Positions 38,495 to 47,911 of a stretch of DNA of 64,000 nt are shown piece after piece (position 1 is the first letter of the stretch; each line of letters starts with the position of its first letter). This DNA comes from Bacteroidota bacterium. GTDB taxonomy: Bacteria; Bacteroidota; Bacteroidia; Bacteroidales; VadinHA17. The stretch lies in NCBI GenBank assembly GCA_016718875.1, contig JADKBL010000003.1, positions 199,027-263,026 on the forward strand, read 5' to 3'. A model generated the notes under the pieces. The model had not been told where the DNA came from, ran no database searches, and worked only from the letters and a program-made list of their open reading frames with translations. Made by a program: the position numbers and the translations under genes.

Positions 38495-38510
38495 TTTTAT
38501 ATCTCTTTAA

Positions 38511-41500
38511 TTACTGTTTATCCGATGACATTGCGGCAACTGCCTGAAGAAACCAGCCTGTGTGAGGAATCCACTGCTCACTCCATCTCCATTCATTGCC
38601 ATTATCTTCCATTTTAAAATCTATCCCTGTTCCGTCACCTCTTCCATCCTTACCTGTAATCCCATTGGAAATACCACCTCTGCCCGATCCGTGACCGTAC
38701 ATTGAACTCATATATGGAACATTGTTTGTGCCATAGCCGTACATCATGCATATATTGTAAGGATTGCAGCCAAGCACCCACGATACTGCACTGTTTGCAA
38801 ATTCAGCCAGATCCTGCCTGACCCCGTACGCATAATCACCCTGATATACAAGTCGTCCTCCCACTATTGCAGCAGCAGCAAGTGATCCCAGTCGGGCATC
38901 TTCGCCCTGCCACCACCAGCCACTCTCATTCTCATGAGGGATAAAAAATCCGTTCATAACCTTGTCTTTATACAGGAAGCTCTGACGGGGATAACCGAAG
39001 GGATTTGGTACCTCCTTCGTTATCTGAAGGTTATAGTCAAGAGTTTTCCGGATTGTAGTCAGAGCTGTTTCACGGAAACCCGGATCACTCTCTTTGTCGA
39101 GATATCGTGCAAGTGCTATGACCGGAAGCCCTGCATCTGCAGCATGCCAGAAAGGCCGGTTTGAATCATTGGCAATAAAATAACCCTGAGGTGATATTCT
39201 GCCGGCGAGGTTTGCTGCCCGTTTTCTTGCCTCATCCCTGTAAAGACTTTTTCCGGTAGTTATCCATAGCTCTGTAGCACCCATAAGGGCACAATAATCA
39301 TCAATTATATTCTCCTTCCCGTCATCGGCATATTTCGGGCTGTTTGCAAGCAGGTGCTCAAAAGCTTTCTCGGCACCATCGAGGTATTGTTTTGATGTGA
39401 AATCACCGCCAATGCCCCACCTTGCAATCCTTGCGAGTACGGCAACTCCCATTCCACCACCTTCCCTGAAACCGCACTGGTAATCGGAAGTGGTCTTGCT
39501 GTCAGCCAGAAGACCAACAACACGGCGTGCCTTTGGATCCCTGTTGAAATAGGTAAAAACAGTCATATAAAAATATCCCTCCGGTGAGAGTGAACGCATA
39601 ATATAATCTGCTCCGTAAATAGCCTCTTTCTTCAGATTCTCAAGTGCATTAATTGAGTCAAGCATTTTACCGGCAGTTTCAGCAGTATTGATCATCGACC
39701 ATGTTACCATCGGAGTCTGCTGGGGATTCATGAAATTGGTGTAAGCCAGGTGGGAGAAATATTTGCTGATATCGCCTGAGGCATCACACCATCCTCCCCG
39801 AAGGTCGACGGTTTTATCACTGCCAAAAAGCACAATGCTTTTATCGGCATCCAGTTCCTGTGGTGAATTAGCCCTCTGGTGAAAGAAGAAACCTGTAATA
39901 GCAGGTATTGATTTTTTCCCTAGCGCTTTATTCCCGATCTCAAAATCACAGGAGGAGTATTCCTTCCCATTATACTTTAAAGTTACCTTGTAATATCCGG
40001 ACTTCCGGAACTGTGTAAAATCTGCCTGTGAATAATAAACACCGGGAGACCACTCTTCAACCTGCATACCCTGTTTCAGGCTTCCGGAATACTCCTTCTT
40101 AAGTGTCACGGCATCGACAATGTCAAATGACAAAGATGAAGGAAATGGCTTGCTGCTTTTTACCATTGCTGTTTTTGGCCCGTTCAGGTCGTATGCCACC
40201 TGGTTAGCCAGGATTGTGATCTCCTGTTTCAATGAATTATCAATGGTCCTGATCTCTTTATCCTTTTCAGGATTGGCCGCCCACAGGATTGCATTCCGCA
40301 TAAGCTTTGTGAAGTTAGGATCAGTGCATGCCAGTGTATCATGACCGATACCGATATAGACTGCTCTTTCATATTTCTCATTGATCCATATCATAGGATG
40401 ATCGCCCATAGGTATTTCCTGCTTATAAGAAGACTCATCGGCTGTAGCCAGAACGTGAACTCCGGCTCTCGGACTCTTATTGAATTCATACCATTCATCA
40501 TAAAACCTGAAAGAAGATGGAAGGTCCTTCGTAACCGGATGGTTCCGGTCCTCAACAAGTATAGTGCCTGTCTGCTTCGCAGGATGAGGAGAATAAATTA
40601 TGTCTCCCATGAGATGCTCGAACCACATCCAGTAAGGTACACTTGTCCCTTTGAATTGAGTACCGGTGAGTCCGGCAGCGTGAACTCCCACCCAGCCGTT
40701 GCCTCTCGAAATAAAATGCTGGAGTGCGATCTGCTGATCCATTGTCATATCGAACGGAGCAAGGTGAAGCTGTACAAATACCTTGTAATTAGAAAGGTTT
40801 TCCTCATTGATGAGGGAGGCATCCCTTGTTACAACAATTTCAAAATTATTGTCGGATGCTATTTTCTCAAGAAAAGCCTTACTCTTGATTATCATCGGAT
40901 CATGATCAGGGTCCGCTGATGCGACTGCCAGTACTTTGAAGGCAGGAACCGGAACATATTTTGCAGAGTAAAGGGCCTCTCTTCCTGTTACAAAAAGACT
41001 CTTTTTATCCTTTCCCCCGAAGGCAACTGAATTCGGACGTTCAGGAATATGGATCATCCCCTTTTGTCTTCCTTCGCTGTTGAAGACGTAGATATCACCA
41101 TCAGCTATATATACATCACCATTCTTTTCAGGAACTGAGAAGAACTCCCCTTTTTCGGCAAACCGCTGCATATTTGATACATTGCCCTGATCATCAACAT
41201 CAAGCTTAACGGTCCTCTTGTCGTATTCATTACTCACATAAAGAGGCTTGCCTGGTATGGCTTCAGCAAGACCAGAAGAGCGGGCAAGATCATAGCATAC
41301 CGGGATTATTGTAACACCATCCGGAGCGACCCAGCACTCTTCGTTGCTTTTCACCACAACCTTGTCAAAATCGTGGTAATCTCTCCACCTGTTAGTTGGA
41401 TAGAGTGCCTTGTGTATTTTGCCGACCGATCCCATTTTTGCTTTTTTCAAAGGCTGAATTGTCTCGTCGGGATGGTTGGGATTTAAGGAATAGACAAGTG

Positions 41501-43943
41501 TTCCAAAACCGGAATTGCCCCACATGCTGAACGAAGTGCCTGAAGCATCGGGAGAATTTATGTATTTCTCCTGCTCCCCGTTTATCTTGTGCCCGTATTG
41601 CGGAAAATATTTGAATACAACCAGCAGGTTATCTTTTGAATCACAGCCCAGAGATAACGGTTCCCATGGAAAATCAGCCAGCAGGTCGAGACTGTTGGTC
41701 TCAACTGACCATTTGTAAATTCTTTTAAGTCTCTGCTCCGAGAAATAAATATTCCCTTTTGAATCGCTGCACATCCCTTCCGTAAACTCAAATCCCTTTG
41801 CAAGCATTTTTACAGGTTCTTCAGATGAAGAGCTGTTCTTTGGAGTTTTACCGGTTAAAAATAATCTTGCCAGCTCAACGGGTCGAACCTCCGTATTTGT
41901 ATTGATGTCATACAGCGGATTATCGGTGGTGAATTTTATCTGGCTGTAATTGTGAACATTCCGAAACTCCAGATTCTTACAATCCCAGGTTCTGACAGAA
42001 TAAGGGTATGGTGTTTTGAATCTGATCACTCTGAACATGTAGAGATTTGCGAACATCAGGTTACTGCAGTTGCTGATCTCCATAGGCTGGCAGTAAACTC
42101 CCTCCCTGCTCTCCTCCTCTAGCTGAAGGGCATACATCTTCCAGTTTGAGACTCTGTTGAACCTTACCTCATTCCTGACGTGATGCTCAACCGACATAGC
42201 ATAGATCTTTCCCGGAGTGGTTGTATTTGAAACATAAATTCCTGAATTTGCGTAGCTGCTGGCAGTCCAGATATTCTTGAATATCCCGCCACCGCCGTTT
42301 GTGACCCACATGCTCCAGTACTGAGTGTCCCATGCCGGATCGGGTCCCTGGACAGGATTCGGTTTTCTGTCCTGATTGCCATAACCGCCCCATGGCACAT
42401 ACGGACCTTTCTTCATGCCACCGTGTCCGCCAACAAACTTAACATCATCGAGCATGGATTTCTCACCGCTCATCCATTTGCAGGCAACCGCCCTGTAGTT
42501 ATATTCTCCGGTATAAAGGCCCACCCCGGTTACAATGTTTGTACCTCCCTGGGGAGATTCCATCAGCGGTACAGGAGATCCAAAGCCGCTGAATGCAGGT
42601 GTACTTTCACCTATAATAAATTGTGTTGCAATAGGATGAAGACCTATAATTACTGTCTCCGGCTTCAGTTTAATAGTCTCCGTTACCCTGTAGAGACCCT
42701 GGGGCACATATATTGTCTTGTACTTTTCTATTGCCTTTCTGATTATTTCAGTATCGTCATTTGTTCCGTCACCCTTTGCACCAAGATCTTTAAGGTTTAC
42801 CCATGTCTCCATTGGTGGAATGGCCGGAATGTCAGTTGCTGCAGGTGCCGGAAGAGTAGCAAGAACCTCAGATTCAAACACTGTCTTAAACTCCTGCTCT
42901 GCTGTAATGTCTTCCATCTGAAGACCATAGACAAAGCTCTTAATCCTGTATATTTTTGCAGGGACAGCAGTTACGGTTTTACTTTTCTTATAACTGATTA
43001 ACACCGGTACATTCTGGCAGGTAATATTTCTGAGATTTATCTGAAGAATGTCGTTGCCCTCATTTTCAAAAGATATTGCAGGACCTGAAACATTCCGGAA
43101 CTGACAATCTTCCATATAGAGCTTTTCCCAGTAGCCGGGGTCCACATCAATAACTTTAGGAACATTATTGACATTCATTCTTAAAATTGTCAGACCAGCC
43201 TGTTGGGTTTTAATTGCAGCTATCCGCTGTCCTTCAAAATATGTATCAAGCATCATGAACTGCCAGCCGGGGGAGGCTTTGGTTGTATATATTCCGTAAT
43301 CACCACCAAAGAATCGGACATCTTCCATCTCATTGCCTATGTCGAAAAGACCTGCTTTGCCTTTTCCGATATTAATATCACAATGCGCAACAAAGCTATG
43401 CTGGGCGTAATGAGTTCTGAGTGCAACCGCGGCTGGATTCCCGTCTTCAATTACTATATCAACATTTGAGAGGGCACTGTAAAATGTCCCTGCACCAGCA
43501 TCATTCACAGGCTTTCCCGGTTCAACAACACTGCTGGTGAACCAGAACATATAATTTGCTTTTCCCTTATCGGATGCTACCGGCTCCTGATAACCCGGAG
43601 TATTCTTCCTGAGAACAAAAACAGGACGTTTCTGACCATACCCTATTATCCTGATGGCAGCAGGAATATAAATTGTTTTTGAGATTACATAAGTCCCTTC
43701 CGGAATGAATATTATTCCGAAATTCTGCTCAAGCTTCATTTTATTGATAGCTCCCTGAAGGGCCTCGGTCACATCACTTTTACCGTCTGCAGTGATGTTA
43801 AAATTTCCTGATGTGAAATAAAATGCTTCAGGATCTTCAGGCTTCTGAGTGTAATAAGATTTACTTTTAGGAATGACTGCCTCTGCTGATAGAATAAAAG
43901 AAGTCCATAAGAACAGGACTAAGACAAGATTTTTACGATTCAT
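38511..43943 (-). CDS. Secreted 1810-aa chimeric protein: two beta-helix (pectate-lyase-3/GH55-like) modules, SMP-30/gluconolactonase-like propeller, ThuA-like domain, Ig-like plus GH9-like (alpha/alpha)6 domain
   Basis: Single uninterrupted ORF with a signal peptide. Residues ~40-370 and ~380-700 (nt 43826-41844) carry ADGKSDVTEALQGAI and GAKGDGTNDDTEIIRKAIEKYKTIYVPQGLYRV. Residues ~710-995 (41816-40959) carry GFEFTEGMCSDSKGNIYFSEQRLKRIYKWS. Residues ~998-1225 (40952-40269) are ThuA-like. Residues ~1240-1337 form a CelD_N-like Ig domain. Residues ~1345-1805 (39911-38529) carry RGGWCDASGDISKY (compare the GH9 motif GGWxDAGD) and a C-terminal WSEQWI. Confidence 0.7.
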   Translation of the reverse strand: MNRKNLVLVLFLWTSFILSAEAVIPKSKSYYTQKPEDPEAFYFTSGNFNITADGKSDVTEALQGAINKMKLEQNFGIIFIPEGTYVISKTIYIPAAIRIIGYGQKRPVFVLRKNTPGYQEPVASDKGKANYMFWFTSSVVEPGKPVNDAGAGTFYSALSNVDIVIEDGNPAAVALRTHYAQHSFVAHCDINIGKGKAGLFDIGNEMEDVRFFGGDYGIYTTKASPGWQFMMLDTYFEGQRIAAIKTQQAGLTILRMNVNNVPKVIDVDPGYWEKLYMEDCQFRNVSGPAISFENEGNDILQINLRNITCQNVPVLISYKKSKTVTAVPAKIYRIKSFVYGLQMEDITAEQEFKTVFESEVLATLPAPAATDIPAIPPMETWVNLKDLGAKGDGTNDDTEIIRKAIEKYKTIYVPQGLYRVTETIKLKPETVIIGLHPIATQFIIGESTPAFSGFGSPVPLMESPQGGTNIVTGVGLYTGEYNYRAVACKWMSGEKSMLDDVKFVGGHGGMKKGPYVPWGGYGNQDRKPNPVQGPDPAWDTQYWSMWVTNGGGGIFKNIWTASSYANSGIYVSNTTTPGKIYAMSVEHHVRNEVRFNRVSNWKMYALQLEEESREGVYCQPMEISNCSNLMFANLYMFRVIRFKTPYPYSVRTWDCKNLEFRNVHNYSQIKFTTDNPLYDINTNTEVRPVELARLFLTGKTPKNSSSSEEPVKMLAKGFEFTEGMCSDSKGNIYFSEQRLKRIYKWSVETNSLDLLADFPWEPLSLGCDSKDNLLVVFKYFPQYGHKINGEQEKYINSPDASGTSFSMWGNSGFGTLVYSLNPNHPDETIQPLKKAKMGSVGKIHKALYPTNRWRDYHDFDKVVVKSNEECWVAPDGVTIIPVCYDLARSSGLAEAIPGKPLYVSNEYDKRTVKLDVDDQGNVSNMQRFAEKGEFFSVPEKNGDVYIADGDIYVFNSEGRQKGMIHIPERPNSVAFGGKDKKSLFVTGREALYSAKYVPVPAFKVLAVASADPDHDPMIIKSKAFLEKIASDNNFEIVVTRDASLINEENLSNYKVFVQLHLAPFDMTMDQQIALQHFISRGNGWVGVHAAGLTGTQFKGTSVPYWMWFEHLMGDIIYSPHPAKQTGTILVEDRNHPVTKDLPSSFRFYDEWYEFNKSPRAGVHVLATADESSYKQEIPMGDHPMIWINEKYERAVYIGIGHDTLACTDPNFTKLMRNAILWAANPEKDKEIRTIDNSLKQEITILANQVAYDLNGPKTAMVKSSKPFPSSLSFDIVDAVTLKKEYSGSLKQGMQVEEWSPGVYYSQADFTQFRKSGYYKVTLKYNGKEYSSCDFEIGNKALGKKSIPAITGFFFHQRANSPQELDADKSIVLFGSDKTVDLRGGWCDASGDISKYFSHLAYTNFMNPQQTPMVTWSMINTAETAGKMLDSINALENLKKEAIYGADYIMRSLSPEGYFYMTVFTYFNRDPKARRVVGLLADSKTTSDYQCGFREGGGMGVAVLARIARWGIGGDFTSKQYLDGAEKAFEHLLANSPKYADDGKENIIDDYCALMGATELWITTGKSLYRDEARKRAANLAGRISPQGYFIANDSNRPFWHAADAGLPVIALARYLDKESDPGFRETALTTIRKTLDYNLQITKEVPNPFGYPRQSFLYKDKVMNGFFIPHENESGWWWQGEDARLGSLAAAAIVGGRLVYQGDYAYGVRQDLAEFANSAVSWVLGCNPYNICMMYGYGTNNVPYMSSMYGHGSGRGGISNGITGKDGRGDGTGIDFKMEDNGNEWRWSEQWIPHTGWFLQAVAAMSSDKQ

Positions 43944-44098
43944 GGGATTATCGGATATATGAAATAAAATTAATTACATAAATCCAAACCCAATAATATC
44001 AGGATCAAGATTATGAATTTTTAACAGAAATAAATCCTCTGCCCGTTTGGTAATTAAGGTTAAGAAAGGTCGCTAAGATGGAACTTGATTTAGTTAAA

Positions 44099-44142
44099 CT
44101 TTGTGTCCTCTGTGTTTTTAACTTTGTGCACTCTGTGGTTAA
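44099..44142. repeat. Single copy of the CACAGAG/CACAAAG word element
   Basis: The reverse complement reads TTAACCACAGAGTGCACAAAGTTAAAAACACAGAGGACACAAAG. It has the same architecture as both arms of 5652-5756. Confidence 0.8.
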
Positions 44143-44178
44143 AAAAACTTCGCGTTATCTGAAATTCACAATCTTCAG

Positions 44179-45303
44179 CTAAATGGTTTTTAACAGCTCT
44201 ACCATTTTTCTGTCGAGCTTCAATCCTTTGTAATTCTCATACTGAACATCCTTTCTCCCGCTGTCAGCAACCCCAAATGAGCCCCTGAAACACCACATCG
44301 CATAACCCCATTTGTTTTCCTTCCATATTTCAAGGTTGTCTTTCAGAAAAGCAAGTGTGACTTCATGCGGAGTCTGGTTATAAACTCCGAATTCACCCAC
44401 ATAAACTCCGATACCTCTGCCTTCAATCTCTTTCCATGGCTGGAAATGTTTTACAAGCCTGGCTTTGTCCCAGAGCTCTCCCCTGTTATCCTTCATCGGC
44501 CAGGTTGGAAAAGTATTATTGCCACTTGACCATGCCGCCTTATAATGTGTAACAACTCCGGGTGTATAGCCTCTGGCGCATTGTGCAATTTTTTGTTCCA
44601 CAAGATTTGTACTTGGTCTGAAATCGTATCCGTCAATGGCTATCAGCCTGCCGGGATCAACACTTCTTATCTCATTTACAAGGTATCTGATAACTTTATC
44701 ATGCTTCTCCTCTGTTGTACGTGTCGGTTCATTGAAAAGATTAAAACTCACCCTGCTGTTGGGAATTCCTTTATATCTCTCTGCAAAGTGCTTCCAGTGA
44801 AATGCGCATGCCCTTAGTGTTTCCTCATCGTCCCATACACTTGTCTTTTCCTTGTACTGAGGCTTGAAAACCACATCGTTAATTGTATAACCGGGTGACC
44901 TGTGGAAATTGATACAGACATGCAATCCATACTGCTTTCCCCATTCAACAGCCTGGTCAATCTCTTTCAGATGCTTCTCCTTCAGTTTATACCAGTCGTC
45001 CTCCTCACACCAGCATTTATATGACATTGGAAGTCTGACAAAGTTGAATCCCAGCTCTTTTATTGCTTCAAAATCAGACTCTCTGAACGGTTCATTTTTA
45101 GCTCCCCACTCAGGTGCGATATCCATCCATTCATCAGGCTTATGTGTAAATTTCTCCTGGAGATTAAATCCTTTCCAGAGAGGAAGTGTATTATATGAAA
45201 TATCCTTTTGCTTAAACACTGTTTCCCCGGTCATGTTGTGACCATTAATAAAGGTAAGCGCTCCGGCAGTAGCTGTTGTTTTGAGGAAGTCTCTCCTTTT
45301 CAT
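44179..45303 (-). CDS. GH5 glycoside hydrolase (cellulase-superfamily) with Tat-type signal
   Basis: 374 aa. The N-terminus is MKRRDFLKTTATAGAL. The acid/base motif is FNLFNEP and the nucleophile region is VYVGEFG. Confidence 0.85.
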   Translation of the reverse strand: MKRRDFLKTTATAGALTFINGHNMTGETVFKQKDISYNTLPLWKGFNLQEKFTHKPDEWMDIAPEWGAKNEPFRESDFEAIKELGFNFVRLPMSYKCWCEEDDWYKLKEKHLKEIDQAVEWGKQYGLHVCINFHRSPGYTINDVVFKPQYKEKTSVWDDEETLRACAFHWKHFAERYKGIPNSRVSFNLFNEPTRTTEEKHDKVIRYLVNEIRSVDPGRLIAIDGYDFRPSTNLVEQKIAQCARGYTPGVVTHYKAAWSSGNNTFPTWPMKDNRGELWDKARLVKHFQPWKEIEGRGIGVYVGEFGVYNQTPHEVTLAFLKDNLEIWKENKWGYAMWCFRGSFGVADSGRKDVQYENYKGLKLDRKMVELLKTI

Positions 45304-45344
45304 GATATTTTTATCTTGTTACTTTTGTCTTTTCCTTATTTTAA

Positions 45345-45399
45345 AACATCCCCCTGCCCCCCTTCGCTCCGCTCAGGGCAGGCACTTCAAAGGGGGAAT
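45345..45399. repeat. Expanded copy of the AACATCCCCCTG...CACTTCAAAGGGGGAAT hairpin element
   Basis: It has the same flanks as 15431-15462. The 3-nt centre is replaced by 26 nt that form a nested CCTGCCC/GGGCAGG hairpin with loop TTCGCTCCGCTCA. Confidence 0.75.
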
Positions 45400-45419
45400 C
45401 CCTGCCCATACCACATTTG

Positions 45420-46706
45420 TTATACCATCTTCTTCCTGATGTCTGAAATATCAATTATATACAACTGCCTTCCGTTACCACCATGAGGTGAATCAATGCA
45501 GACCATCTTTCCATCGGGACTGAACCTTGGATGCAGATCGCATCTCCATTCACCTTTGTACTCTGCAGGCAGGGGAAAGCTTCCGATATCGATCCTCCTG
45601 TCGGAAGGAATATGAAACAGGTATGGTATCTGGTTTCTGTCTGAGCCGCTTGCATAATTATCACACAACAGCCACTCTTTCCCATTACCCCATGGCAGGT
45701 ATGTCTGATGACCATTTACCGGCATCTTTTCCTTTCCGAACTGTGTGTACCGTCCTGTCTTGTCTTCAAGAATATAAAATCCCCAGGAATTCTCCTCAGG
45801 CTTTGTGAAAGCATTTATGTGTGAAGGATCTTCCCAAATGAAATGAGATGTGCTTCCCGATGGATCAATGCAGAAAAGATCAGTCCCGTCAGGAGAGGCT
45901 GTGAACATCCTTGTGGTAAATCCGCCAACAGCCATTGTCTGTCTGTCACTTCGCTCATGACGCCACCTGTGAAGAAAAGTAAAGCGGGTTCCATCGGTAT
46001 TGACAAGAAGATGGTTGAACCAGTGGTAATTATCCTGCACAGATGTATCATTATAAGGAATTGATGACAGATCCTTAAGAGAAAAAAGCATTATGCTTTC
46101 AGATTTCTTAAGATCTACTTTGTACAGGCCAATCTCTGAAGGAGCCTTCTTATTTTCAAATGGATCATTTATGCCCGGATAGCCATATCCCGGCCGCAGG
46201 TTCTGAATTCTTGAAAAGCTTGTGCCAATAGCCCAGCTTCCGTCAGGACTTAATGCATATACTGCTTCAGGAAGAGTACGCATTTTCCCGTTTTTAATAT
46301 TAAGTATCCTGCTCACAAAATGGTCTTTCTCACGGTCATTCCAAATGATCTCATCCTTTGATCCCGGTATCCACTGAAGCATGCATCCCTGCTGCCATCC
46401 CCATGATTTACTGGAACCCAGATCAATCCACCTGTCATTATCCTGAAGATCGACCATACCGATCCTGATTTCATCATTCGCCTCAGGGGACCGATGCTCA
46501 AAATTAACTTGCATTCCAAGAAGGTACCTGTTTGATGGATCAAACTGAAGCTTGTCATAATAACCGAACCAGTGAAAACCCGGACCTTTGGTTACAGCTC
46601 TTACAGGACTGTACGATGAGAATAAACTGCTTCCTCGACCAGTTGATCCGGCATATAAGCCGGCCGAAAGTATTGTTAATAATTTAACAGCATGTCGTCT
46701 TTCCAT
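45420..46706 (-). CDS. Secreted beta-propeller protein (TolB/oligogalacturonide-lyase-like fold, function uncertain)
   Basis: 428-aa ORF with an N-terminal signal-like segment and repeated strand-rich blocks (SPDGSW, SPDGTDLF, SPDGKMV). I saw no catalytic motif. Confidence 0.45.
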   Translation of the reverse strand: MERRHAVKLLTILSAGLYAGSTGRGSSLFSSYSPVRAVTKGPGFHWFGYYDKLQFDPSNRYLLGMQVNFEHRSPEANDEIRIGMVDLQDNDRWIDLGSSKSWGWQQGCMLQWIPGSKDEIIWNDREKDHFVSRILNIKNGKMRTLPEAVYALSPDGSWAIGTSFSRIQNLRPGYGYPGINDPFENKKAPSEIGLYKVDLKKSESIMLFSLKDLSSIPYNDTSVQDNYHWFNHLLVNTDGTRFTFLHRWRHERSDRQTMAVGGFTTRMFTASPDGTDLFCIDPSGSTSHFIWEDPSHINAFTKPEENSWGFYILEDKTGRYTQFGKEKMPVNGHQTYLPWGNGKEWLLCDNYASGSDRNQIPYLFHIPSDRRIDIGSFPLPAEYKGEWRCDLHPRFSPDGKMVCIDSPHGGNGRQLYIIDISDIRKKMV

Positions 46707-46712
46707 ATCTTG

Positions 46713-47857
46713 TCATTTTTTACCAAAATAACCTAGGTCCCATTTGTCAATCCATTCTATAACTGGCCTGTTATCAGAGAATCTTACAGGCAGCCAGATC
46801 GAAGTGCCATCAACCGGATTATCCGGTACCCACCTGTCGCCGATGAATATGAAGGCATCCTGTTTTCCCGGCACTTTCAGAATATAGGTCCCCTGTGAAT
46901 TAAGAGAGATATCGGAATCTTTACCCTTAAACGGGTTCCCAAGTTCAGTCCATGGCCCTGCTATTGATTCTGAAACAGCTGATCTCCCTGCATTCGGGGC
47001 CCAGCCGGTACAGCCTGAGTTGATCATATAATACTTTCCATCCTTTTTAAACATTGTCGGAGCTTCCATAAATCTGTTAACAAATATTCTCCAGTATCTG
47101 CCCGAAGGTGACAGATAATCCTCTGTAAGCAGGGATATGTGAAGTGTACTATTCTCTTCGGATGAGTAGATATGATATGCTTTCCCGTCATCATCAACAA
47201 ATAATGTCATATCACGTGCCATCTGGCCGCGGTGAAAATCCTTGCAAGAATGTTAAGTGAATCCGGATGCTGAGGCAGGTCCCCTCCCGAATATGCTTTC
47301 AGTGCAGATTCCTTTGGAAATTTATCTTTTAATGTACCAGCATTTACCGGCCAGAAATTTGCATTAGGTCTGAAGATCTTTATTAAAGTAAAAGGCCCTG
47401 TTGCCCTGTCACTTATTGCAACCCCTGTAAGTGCATTCTTATGACCCTGTCCCAGTATATCATGATGGAACCACATTACAAATTTCCCGGTCTTTTTGTT
47501 GTAAATCACTTTCGGACGTTCAATCTTGCATCCTTTTGCCAGGTAATGCAGCGGATCATCGAATACTTTGAGAACAACTCCCTCGTTCTTCCAGTTATAA
47601 AGATCGGAGGAGGAATAGCAGCTCACCCCTACCTGTGCATCACTGCCCATCTTACCTTTTGTCATAATCTGGCCATACCAGTAATACCTATCTTCAATAA
47701 CCAGGATGCCTCCAGCGTGTGCATTTATTGTATCTCCTGAAGTGTCAAGCCATGCCCTCCCCGGATAAAAAGCATTAATTAACTTTTGTCCTGATAAAAT
47801 ACACGAATTCAGTAAAATAATCAGTGAAAAAAGTAATATGAAAAATCTCAGTTGCAT
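46713..47857 (-). pseudogene. GH43-like glycoside hydrolase (exo-beta-1,3-galactanase-like) split by a frameshift
   Basis: Two ORFs (47207-47857 and 46713-47222) overlap by 16 nt in different frames. The N-terminal part reads DTSGDTINAHAGGILVIEDRYYWYG. The C-terminal part reads ARDMTLFVDDDGKAYHIYSSE...FMEAPTMFKKDGKYYM. The downstream frame is open back to 47252, so the shift lies within 47207-47252. A T4 run lies at 47235-47238. Confidence 0.7.
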
Positions 47858-47862
47858 TTTGC

Positions 47863-47910
47863 GTCCTGTGCCTTTTGCCTTGCGCCATTGCGCCTCTGCG
47901 CCATTGCGCC
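47863..47910. repeat. GGCGCAAN octamer array
   Basis: The minus strand reads GGCGCAAT GGCGCAGA GGCGCAAT GGCGCAAG GCAAAAGG CACAGGAC. It starts 1 nt after the stop codon at 47912-47914. Confidence 0.8.
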
Positions 47911-47911
47911 A

